From positions 302,002,001 to 302,066,000 of the forward strand of contig OZ024743.1 of the NCBI GenBank assembly GCA_964016885.1: a DNA stretch of 64,000 bases. Direction: 5' to 3'. Position numbers and translations under genes: made by a program. Below are positions 14,386-25,770 of the stretch, piece by piece (position 1 is the first letter of the stretch; the number at the start of each line of letters is the position of its first letter). The DNA is from Eledone cirrhosa (Eukaryota). The notes under the pieces were generated by a model. That model did no database searches, had not been told where the DNA came from, and saw nothing but the letters and a program-made list of their open reading frames with translations.

Positions 14386-14659
14386 ACAACTCATAGTGTA
14401 CAACTTATGAGCTCTGACTTTATCACATAGCCAGATAGCATGTTTTCATTTTCTTATACCATTTTAAAGGGTTCGTCGAGCTGCCGATTATTGAGTCTGG
14501 TAAGATTGATACAGATCGAACCTTGAGCTGATCAGTGGCGAAATGCGCGTCACCTACTAATAACTGTAATGAAGGAGTAACCAATCGTCGCTGTTATCCT
14601 TTCAATATATATATATATATATATACATACACATACACGCACACACACACACCATCCCC

Positions 14660-14711
<52 letters not shown>

Positions 14712-15125
14712 CAAATAACGAAACGAAATTTAATTTCGTTTCGCTTCTAACTCACTTTTGTATGACTGACGCTTAAACAATTAAGTTAAAGTGTACATCT
14801 ACATATGTATACGGAAGTACTAGTATGCATATAAATACACACATGTATACATATGTACATGTACCGAGTTTTTCACTAGACACTTTACAGGGAGTGTCCA
14901 GCTAGTCTGTATGTAAACAAACAGACGAACCGGGTTTTAAAGTCATACGAGTTTTCAAGGAAACACACTTCCTCTATTCTCCAGAGAGCCAGACAGAACC
15001 GCTGAACCGGTGCGTACAATGACTCACGTTCTATGCAAATTAGTCTGCCCACTACTGATTTTCATAGAAAAAGCATATAACGATATGTGCTTTTACAATT
15101 CTCCAGAGAAGCCGGAAGATGGGTT

Positions 15126-15168
15126 ATATTGCTGATGAGATGTAATAACATCGAAACTAGTCCAATAT
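15126..15168 (+). ncRNA. Intact minimal type I hammerhead ribozyme (family C, copy 1)
   Basis: Stem I ATATTG/CAATAT; CTGATGA 15132-15138; stem II GATGT-aata-ACATC; GAAA; palindromic stem III ACTAGT; GUC site, cleavage predicted after 15162. Confidence 0.92.
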
Positions 15169-15595
15169 TCCTGTCTGACTCTCTGGAGAATAGAGGAAGT
15201 GTGTTTCCTTGAAAACTCGTATGACTTTAAAACCCGGTTCGTCTGTTTGTTTACATACAGACTAGCTGGACACTCACTGTAAAGTGTCTAGTGAAAAACT
15301 CGCTACATGTACATATGTATACATGTGTGTATTTATATGCAAACTAGTACTTCCGTATACAGATGTAGATGTACACTTTAACTTAATTGTTTAAGCGTCA
15401 GTCATACAAAAGTGAGTTAGAAGCGAAACGAAATTTAATTTCGTTTCGTTATTTGTTTTTATCGTTTCCGCTGAACCGGTGCGTACAATGACTCACGTTC
15501 TATGCAAATTAGTCTGCCCACTACTGATTTTCATAGAAAAAGCATATAACGATATGTGCTTTTACAATTCTCCAGAGAAGCCGGAAGATGGGTAT

Positions 15596-15638
15596 ATATT
15601 GCTGATGAGATGTAATAACATCGAAACTAGTCCAATAT
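15596..15638 (+). ncRNA. Intact minimal type I hammerhead ribozyme (family C, copy 2)
   Basis: Identical to 15126-15168 and 470 nt downstream; cleavage predicted after 15632. Confidence 0.92.
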
Positions 15639-16029
15639 TCCTGTCTGGCTCTCTGGAGAATAGAGGAAGTGTGTTTCCTTGAAAACTCGTATAACTTTAA
15701 AACCCGGTTTATCTGTTTGTTTACATACAGACTTGCTGGACACTCACTGTAAAGTGTCTAGTGAAAAACTCGGTACATGTACATATGTATACATGTGTGT
15801 ATTTATATGCATACTAGTACTTCCGTATACATATGTAGATGTACACTTTAACTTAATTGTTTATATATATATATATAAATGGAAAAGGATGAAACGAAAT
15901 TTGATTTCTAACTCTTAGTACGGCTGATACTTAAATATATGTATGTACACATACATACATATATCTATACAGACGTACCATAGTATGTATATATATATAT
16001 ATACATACATGTACACACACACACACACT

Positions 16030-16121
<92 letters not shown>

Positions 16122-16242
16122 CACGTATGGGTTTACCGAACATTTATTATAATGTTCGGTTCGTTTGTAAAGAAACACCCCGAATAACGCCGTACAGTGT
16201 TTGGCAACCATCGTCGCCTTTTTGTTAAACACTGACACAGGA

Positions 16243-16285
16243 ACGATGTACTAGTTTGAAGCTTACTAGCTATCGTTAGCATTGT
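16243..16285 (-). ncRNA. Degenerate hammerhead, family C' (element ~15878-16490)
   Basis: ACAATG-CTAACGA-TAGCT agta AGCTT-CAAAC-TA-GTA-CATCGT; positionally homologous to family C. Confidence 0.6.
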
Positions 16286-16489
16286 ATACCTCTCAGTCAG
16301 ATGATTGAAAGTTTGAACGTATGTACTTTCCTTATGCATATTAATGGCTGAGCAGCCTAATTTACATATCGAGTGAGTTAGTCGGCCGGGCGAACCGAAA
16401 AAGATAAATGGAAAAGGATGAAACGAAATTTCATTTATCACTCTTAGTACGGCAGATACTTAAATGTAAGTATGTACACGTGCATACAT

Positions 16490-17092
16490 ATGGTGGCTGC
16501 CAACTTGTTTTCGAGTACGGCCACTACTTTATATCCATGTAGGAGAACCCCTACTGATGTGCTGAACGAGTGTGACTTTTTCGTCCAGCCAGCGACTTGA
16601 AAACTCTGGTACAAACACTACACTTGTGACAATTATTGACACATAGTGCTGAGCCCATGGTACCATGTGATGACAAGTGCAGAGAGATCTCCAGATATAA
16701 AGCAATGCCTGTGTCGTGAATCTTTTATAGTGAGCAAAGGCACTGCCCAAAGCCAGTCCCACTCTCTTAACCAAGATGATATTTACCAAAAAGAAGAACA
16801 AGTTAACATCATTGGATACCATCAGGGTTGCAGGTGTGATATCAGAGTTTTCCTTCTCCTAGAATTCTGCCTTGACAAAGGCTAAGGGGTCATCTCTCCC
16901 GGTGATTTTGGATGGCCATTGACTCTTAAGAGCTCCTTTGCCCTTTGACAGGTTTTATTTTTAGTCCTGCAGGATGTCCAAAGTCACCCTCCTCACCAAG
17001 AAACCTTGGTGGGGTTGCCAGTTTAGTCGCCAACGACCCGACCATGGGACAGGTTGTACCGGGATGCATGTTACCAGTAGCACCAACAAAGA
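16490..17092 (-). mobile_element. Non-autonomous bipartite RTE-derived element
   Basis: The 3' part encodes a decayed RTE-type C-terminal zinc finger (intact in the copy at 54518-54715: [22 protein letters not shown]). It is fused to a GC-richer non-coding 5' segment also found at 39240-39362. Confidence 0.6.
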
Positions 17093-17537
17093 CATATATA
17101 TATCTATATACATACATACACACAGACATAGATGCCTGTCTACACACATACATACACATGTATATATATACATACATATACATATGGATGCCTACACACA
17201 TACAATCAAATGATAATATTCCAATTACGGACTCAATACATGGTGTCTCGTCGTTAGTAGTGGTAGTGGTGGTTGGGTGTAGTGGTTGATGGCAGTGATG
17301 GAGTTGGCGTCTAGCATATATGTATACATACGTACACTAGTATGTATATATATATACATACATGTAGAAATATACATATGTACGTATGGGTTTACCGAAC
17401 ATTTATCCTTTTCCATTTATCGTTTTGTTTCGCCCGGCCGACTAAATCCATGGATATGCAAATTAGGCTGCTCAGCCGTTAATATCCTTAAGGAAAGTTT
17501 ATACTTTCAAACGTTCAATCATCTGACAGAACGGTAT

Positions 17538-17580
17538 ACGATGCTGCCGATAGCTAATAAGCTTGAAATTAGTACATCAT
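17538..17580 (+). ncRNA. Degenerate hammerhead, family C' (element ~17320-17800)
   Basis: ACGATG-CTGCCGA-TAGCT aata AGCTT-GAAAT-TA-GTA-CATCAT. Confidence 0.6.
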
Positions 17581-17792
17581 TCCTGTGTCAGTGTTGAACA
17601 AAAAGGCGACAATGGTTGCCAAAACTGTACGGTGTTATTCGGGCTGTCTGTTTAGAAACAAACCGAACGTTATAATAAATGTCAGTACACCCATACGTGC
17701 ATATATATATATATATAAATGTACATGTATGTATATATATATACATACTACTGTACTTCAGTATACATATATGTATGGACGTGTACATACTT

Positions 17793-17866
<74 letters not shown>

Positions 17867-19229
17867 TTGGACAAAGCTCGTTGAAGAAGTAAATTTCCTG
17901 TCCGCTGAATTCTAGAAGTCTTATATATTTTTATGTGAGCTGATAGAGAACAGTTTAAGGATTTACAGAAACCCAAGAAGCTAGATTTAACATCTTCCTA
18001 GCGGGTCCGGGTATGCTTTTTACATTCATTTAATTTATTGAATTATTGAGATTTTTTATCTGAGTGTCCCGAATCTTCCGTAATCGCAAATTTTCGATCG
18101 TGCGGTTGATTATAGACTTGTTCTGTGTGTGACGGTATTTTAACGATAGTTATAGCTCTGATTTATCTAAATCAGTGAGCACTCTTCCGCTCATATCGAA
18201 TTTTGTTTATCGTGAACTCGTACGCCGATTTTTCGATACTCGATCATTCTAATATATATATATATATATATTATACACCTAGGTACAACATTTATCCCTC
18301 ATACATAGATTTCCACAGCTATATGTTAGGATCCATACTTTTGTTATTTATAGTAGGTTATTTTAAGAATTAAGAATTAAGATGTATATATTAAGTTAAC
18401 TCTATGATAGAAAGCCATATTAAATTATAGCTGATATGTAAAATCTATTATTTAATATTTTGCTCATGTATATTCAAAATGGCAATTGTGTCTCGTGTTA
18501 GTCAATGTTAGTGAGAGAAATCGGCTCTACAAACACATGCAGTGGTGTAATATATATACAAAATAAGATAATAATTCTCCTTGAATATATATTTTCTTAA
18601 AAGTGTCCCTAAAAACCTATGATTTATACATCCACTTTGGTATTTGCTATATTATTCATATTTATCCAGATATCTCATCGGCTTACGCTAGATTTATTTG
18701 TTAGTTCATTTGGATGGATATTTAGAGTGCATCGATATGATAAAGTTAATTGTATGAAACTGATTCCTATCCATTAAAATTGTATTGAGAAATTGTGAAA
18801 CGAAACAATTCAAAACATCAAATACTTTCCCTTTATTTGAATCAATTGATGCATGCAGTTGGTGTGAGAAGGGAGAATGCACGAAACCGTATGTCATGTA
18901 ATTGGAAATGTTGCCAGACGTGAGGATTGGTTAATGTTTAACGCATAATAATTCGTAGGGAATATCTCATCATACTCGCTAAATTTGATATTGAGAAATT
19001 GTTGATACGAGAACAAATGAAGACATCACTTAAGTACAAACAGATTTATGTATTTGTCATCCGGATATTAGAAATGACATCCAAATCCTCGAATGATTTG
19101 TGATAACAGAATAAATATTTATAAGAAGCGTAATTTGTACAGATATGATTTGTGTGTTGAGATGTTATGAGGTTTTTATGATACAGAATGAATTAATAGA
19201 AAACTTGCATATAGTTTACTACTACAACA

Positions 19230-19230
19230 A

Positions 19231-19279
<49 letters not shown>
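19230..19279. repeat. (TAA)n tract upstream of the R4/Dong cluster
   Basis: Directly visible. Confidence 0.95.
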
Positions 19280-19377
19280 TTTAAATCATTTGTGAAATAA
19301 CAACTCTTAGTACAAATGCTACGTAAAGCACCCGGCTTGAGCCCCAAAAAATTCGGACCCAAAATATATTGTTATAA

Positions 19378-19742
19378 GGCTCAAATATTCAAATGTTCAA
19401 CTTTGTATTGTACACTGTATATCCAAAAAAAAAATGGCTATAAATGGAAGAAGAAGAACCCCCCCCCCTCCTCTCCTCTGGCTACACTATATAGGACAGC
19501 TAAACTCACCAACACCAGAAACTAGATACACCGCCCACCCCATCATCTGTGTACACTAAACACAACAGCATTTTCACCTTCACCGCCACCGCTCACTACG
19601 GCCATCATTGCCACCGCTGTCCCATCACCGCCGCCACCACCCCCTGACTCCTTCACTGCTGCTGCCACCGCTACAGCACCATCACTACAGTAATACGGCT
19701 CAAATATTCAAATATTCAACTTTGTATTGTACACTGTATATC

Positions 19743-19776
<34 letters not shown>

Positions 19777-20052
19777 AATAAAATAAAATGGCTATAAATG
19801 GAAGAAGAAGAACCCCCCCCCCTCCTCTCCTCTGGCTACACTATATAGGACAGCGAAACTCACCAACACCAGAAACTAGATACACCACCCACCCCATCAT
19901 CTGTGTACACTAAACACAACAGCATTTTCACCTTCACCGCCACCGCTCACTACGGCCATCATTGCCACCGCTGTCCCATCACCGCCGCCACCACCCCCTG
20001 ACTCCTTCACTGCTGCTGCCACCGCTACAGCACCATCACTACAGTAATACGG
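19378..20052 (+). repeat. Tandem duplication of a ~319-bp C-rich unit; second copy has an expanded poly(A)
   Basis: ggctcaaatattcaaat starts at 19378 and 19697; the units are near-identical. Confidence 0.92.
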
Positions 20053-20621
20053 TCGCATCACCGCCACCGCTGCCTCGGTATCGACATCACCGCCACCACT
20101 GTCTCAGTATCGCCAACGCCGCTAGTCTCTGCTGGCTACCACTTCCACATTATAGAATCCCTACTACTAACAAAGAGGAAGGCATCAAAATATATAGATA
20201 GACTCAAAAGAAAAAAGAAAAAACAAACAACAAAAGCAGCACAGCAACAACAGTAAAAAACGAGAAAAACAGAGAAAAACAAAAACAAAAAAAGAAACCC
20301 CAAAAACGTAAAGAAAATAAGAATGAAGAGAGAAGCAGGCGGACGGACAGAGAAGAGGGGGGGAAAAGTAAAACTTAAAAAACAAAAACTAAGTCGGACA
20401 TTCGAATACTACATTACAATGAAACTTATGCTTATTCATTTTTGGGGCCCTTTCTGCCCGTGTGTTTGTTTGTTTATGTGTGTCCGTATACAGCGTGGTG
20501 ATAATGCCACACAAGGGCCAAGTGGGATGGCGGATCCACAGATGGCTATGTAAACATACATTCGCCAATCCTCGATAAGAGTGTTTAAATATCGAACATA
20601 AACAGTTCGAATAACGGTGAA

Positions 20622-23600
20622 ATGGAGACTAGAACGTCATGTGACAGACTCTCACCCAACAGGTGCCCCCTGGCTCAGCAGCAGGAACCTGACTGTCAAC
20701 GAAATACTGCTGATGTTGGAGGAAGAAGAAGAAGGAAAGGGGCCAGAACCAACTGGACGAAAGAATTGAATAGAACTGTTATGCAATGCTACCTGAAAAG
20801 TAACCCCAAGGAGAGGGGCTACAGGAGACGGATGCATAACATCTGGAACGAGATTGGTTTATTTAAATTAGATGAACAAAAATTGGCCGGGCAGGCTCGG
20901 GTAATAAGAACTAATGGGTGGATAAGCGAGCTGGAACTGGAGGAACTGAGCAGAGAGAATGGCTTGGAGATGGCGGGTGTAGTATGCCAGACAAGCGAGC
21001 CGGCGGGAAATGAAGGTGAGGAGGTCCTGAGAGCGAAGGAACCACCCGAAGCAGACAATGATCTGAATACTGAGATAAATAATACCTGGAACAGAGATAC
21101 GGCCACTGAGGAGATGAATGCTGACGGGCTAGGACAAGATTCGGTTGACATCCTAAATTTAGTGGTAGATGAGTTGAACAATGATAGTGGGAGACCTATG
21201 AACCTAAGATTTGTAGACAGGAAAAAGTTAAAAGAAACAACAGCTAAGGTAAACAAAGTCATCCCATACCTTGAGGCGAGGAGTCTTCACCAGTGCAACA
21301 ATATCCTCAAAGCAACAGCAAATACGGTGAGGAAACTACTTGGTATAAAAGCGAGAGGAAACAACAGACAAGAAAGAGCAGAGCCGTGGTGGAAGAAGCG
21401 ACTGAGTGGGCAAATCGGGGAAATGAGAAATGACATAGGAAAGCTTGAGTCACTACTGAATGGGACACTAAAAAACATAGGCACTAAAAATAGACTGGAA
21501 ATAAAATACAAAACTAGGAGTAAAAAGCTAAATATTATCATAGAGGAATTGAAGCAACGCATTGTAGCAAAGAGTGCCAAAATCAGGCGATACGAGAACA
21601 GAGTCAGTCAGTATAAACAGAACCGCATGTTCGACAACAGCCAGAAGATGCTGTTTGGACAGCTTGAGGGGAAAGAAAGAGGCACCGACTTGATCCCTGG
21701 GGCGGAACAAGCTAAAACATTCTGGAGAGGAATATGGGAGCAGGATGTTAGACACAATGCCCAGGCAGGGTGGATTGAGACAGTACAGAGGGAGATCGGT
21801 GAGCAGGCACAGCAACAGACTGATTTGAGTATCACAGTTGAAACTCTTAAGGGGCAAGCCAAAAAACTAACCAACTGGAAATCACCAGGCCCAGATGGTG
21901 TGCAGGGGTATTGGATTAAACATTTAACATCCCTCCACCCGAAGCTGACGGCCACGTTCAATGACTGCTTGGTGTCGGGTGAGGTGCCAGAGTGGTTGAC
22001 AAAAGGTACCACAGTTCTGATAATGAAAGACCAAATCAAGGGTAATGATGTCACCAACTATAGACCTATCACATGTCTGCCCGTAATGTGGAAACTGTTG
22101 ACGAGCATTGTGTCTGAGGAAATCTACCATCACCTCCACACAAACAACTTGTTGCCGGACGAACAGAAAGGATGCCGAAAGAAGTCACGTGGTACAAAGG
22201 ACCAGTTGCTTATTGATAAGATGGTAATGGGGAATTGCAGGAGGAGACACACTGATCTTGCCATGGGATGGATAGACTACAGAAAGGCATTTGACATGGT
22301 GCCTCATTCCTGGATCACCAAAAGCCTGGAGATCTTCAGGGTGGCAGATAGCATCAGACAGTTGCTGGGCAGGAGTATGGGGTCCTGGGAGACAGAGTTG
22401 ACATCAACTGGAGTATCCTTGGGAAGCGTGAAGATCAAGAGAGGTATCTTCCAGGGAGATAGCCTGTCCCCTCTGTTGTTTGTCCTTGCCCTGATGCCCT
22501 TGACCATTATGCTGCGAAAAGTGAGAGCAGGATACAAGTTGGGAAGGGGAGAGCTTACCATCAATCACCTCCTCTTCATGGACGACCTTAAGCTCTTCGG
22601 GAAAAGTGAGAAGGAGTTGGATGTGCTTGTTGACACTGTCCGTATTTTCAGCAGTGATATATGTATGCAGTTTGGTATTGGTAAATGTGGAGTCATTGTG
22701 ATGAGGAGGGGTAGGTTGAGCAGAAGTAACGGGATCCAGATACCAACAGGTGAGATGATAAAGGAAATTGACTCTGAGGAAGGATACAAGTATTTGGGCG
22801 TTCTGGAGGCTGATGGCATAAAGAACAAAAAAATGAAGGAATTGTTAAGAACTGAATACATTCGGAGAGTAAGGAGCGTATTGAAGTCACATCTGAACAG
22901 CAGAAATGCCATAAGCGCAGTAAATTCCCGAGCTGTGTCTATTATTAGGTACAGTGCGGGAATTCTGAGATGGAATGTTGCTGAACAAAAAGAAATGGAT
23001 AGGAAGACTAGGAAGCTATTGACTATCTACAACATGTTCCACAAGAGGAGTGATGTCGATAGACTCTACCTAAGGAGATCTGAGGGTGGAAGAGGTCTTA
23101 TCAGCATAGAGGACTGTGTTCAGATGGAGAAAAACAACCTATACAAATACGTGACCTATAGTAAGGAGCCAATGCTCAGAGCTGTACTGAAGGAGGGGAC
23201 AGTAGGCCAGGGGATACCCAAGGAGGAAATAACATCAAGGAGGAAGAGCAGCCTTAAGGGAAAATCCCTTCATAGTACCTTCTTTGAGAAAACTGAATTT
23301 AGAGATCCACAGACATGGAACTGGTTGAGAAGAGGAGACCTCAAAAAGGCTACAGAAGGAATGCTAATGGCTGCGCAGGAGCAGGCCCTCAAAACGAAGT
23401 GGTTGAAGCACCATATCTACAAGGAGGAGGCTAGCCCACTGTGCAGGATCTGTGGAGAGAGAGAGGAGACTGTGGCTCACATTGTGTCCGAGTGTAAACA
23501 CCTAGCCCAGACCCACTATAAGGGCTGGAGACACGATGTGATGGGCAGGGTGATCCACTGGCACCTGTGCAAAGTAAACAATCTACCACATTCTGAGAAA

Positions 23601-24014
23601 TGGTATGAGCATAGGCCAGAGGCGGTGATGGAGAACAATCAGGTGAAGGTGCTGTGGGATTTTAGGATACAGACGGACAAAAAACTGGAACACAATAGAC
23701 CTGACCTGGTGGTTGTGGACAAAGAAAAAAGATCGTGCCTGATTGTGGATGTGGCCTGCCCGTTCGACACGAGAGTGCAAGAGAAGGAGAGGGAGAAAAT
23801 TAACCGATACCAGGACCTAAAGTGGGAGGTGAAAAGGATTTGGAACTGCCATGAAGTCAAAGTGATCCCGATTGTCATAGGCGCACTGGGGACTATCTCC
23901 AAAGGTTTCCAGGGATGGTTAAAGAAAATCGGCCCCTTCACGCTTTTTGGAACGCTTCAAAAGGCATGCTTGCTTGGAACGGCAAGAACCCTCCGATACG
24001 TCCTGAATATCTGA
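20622..24014 (+). CDS. R4/Dong-clade retrotransposon protein: reverse transcriptase + CCHC zinc knuckle + restriction-like endonuclease (1130 aa)
   Basis: KSPGPDG, NYRPITCLP, WIDYRKAFDMVPH, GIFQGDSLSPLLF, HLLFMDDLKL; CRICGEREETVAHIVSEC; RHD, NRPDLVVVD, KINRYQDL, PIVIGALG; no APE domain; uninterrupted. Confidence 0.95.
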   Translation: METRTSCDRLSPNRCPLAQQQEPDCQRNTADVGGRRRRKGARTNWTKELNRTVMQCYLKSNPKERGYRRRMHNIWNEIGLFKLDEQKLAGQARVIRTNGWISELELEELSRENGLEMAGVVCQTSEPAGNEGEEVLRAKEPPEADNDLNTEINNTWNRDTATEEMNADGLGQDSVDILNLVVDELNNDSGRPMNLRFVDRKKLKETTAKVNKVIPYLEARSLHQCNNILKATANTVRKLLGIKARGNNRQERAEPWWKKRLSGQIGEMRNDIGKLESLLNGTLKNIGTKNRLEIKYKTRSKKLNIIIEELKQRIVAKSAKIRRYENRVSQYKQNRMFDNSQKMLFGQLEGKERGTDLIPGAEQAKTFWRGIWEQDVRHNAQAGWIETVQREIGEQAQQQTDLSITVETLKGQAKKLTNWKSPGPDGVQGYWIKHLTSLHPKLTATFNDCLVSGEVPEWLTKGTTVLIMKDQIKGNDVTNYRPITCLPVMWKLLTSIVSEEIYHHLHTNNLLPDEQKGCRKKSRGTKDQLLIDKMVMGNCRRRHTDLAMGWIDYRKAFDMVPHSWITKSLEIFRVADSIRQLLGRSMGSWETELTSTGVSLGSVKIKRGIFQGDSLSPLLFVLALMPLTIMLRKVRAGYKLGRGELTINHLLFMDDLKLFGKSEKELDVLVDTVRIFSSDICMQFGIGKCGVIVMRRGRLSRSNGIQIPTGEMIKEIDSEEGYKYLGVLEADGIKNKKMKELLRTEYIRRVRSVLKSHLNSRNAISAVNSRAVSIIRYSAGILRWNVAEQKEMDRKTRKLLTIYNMFHKRSDVDRLYLRRSEGGRGLISIEDCVQMEKNNLYKYVTYSKEPMLRAVLKEGTVGQGIPKEEITSRRKSSLKGKSLHSTFFEKTEFRDPQTWNWLRRGDLKKATEGMLMAAQEQALKTKWLKHHIYKEEASPLCRICGEREETVAHIVSECKHLAQTHYKGWRHDVMGRVIHWHLCKVNNLPHSEKWYEHRPEAVMENNQVKVLWDFRIQTDKKLEHNRPDLVVVDKEKRSCLIVDVACPFDTRVQEKEREKINRYQDLKWEVKRIWNCHEVKVIPIVIGALGTISKGFQGWLKKIGPFTLFGTLQKACLLGTARTLRYVLNI

Positions 24015-24100
24015 GGCTGCAGGTAGTGGCTTGATATTCAACCCAACGGACTTTCCAGTTAACCAACATCAATGACTGAGATTCAAGGAATAACAATAAC

Positions 24101-25770
<1,670 letters not shown>

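Larger units (their letters stand above)
14706..15861 (+). mobile_element. Hammerhead-bearing repeat, family C: inverted partial unit plus two tandem ~470-bp units (PLE pseudo-LTR or retrozyme-like)
   Basis: 14999-15467 and 15468-15861 are near-identical direct repeats; 14706-14997 is the reverse complement of ~15170-15461. Confidence 0.9.
19280..24139 (+). mobile_element. R4/Dong-clade non-LTR retrotransposon, copy 1 (intact ORF; 5' boundary uncertain between 19280 and 20304)
   Basis: Single RT-RLE ORF, 74-nt 3' UTR, (AAT)n tail at 24089-24139; homology with copy 2 starts at ~20304. Confidence 0.9.

Noticed and set aside
16960-17092. HDV-like ribozyme at the 5' end of the RTE derivative
   Set aside because: Expected for some RTEs, but I could not assemble the P1-P4 pseudoknot by eye.
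17876-17982. TTGAAGA-aGTAAATTT...GGATTTACa-GAAAC hammerhead-like spacing
   Set aside because: No valid stem III, UH site or stem I.
20622-24014. Bacterial retron, group II intron or DGR reverse transcriptase
   Set aside because: CCHC plus PD-(D/E)xK C-terminus, (AAT)n tail and eukaryotic context identify an RLE non-LTR element.
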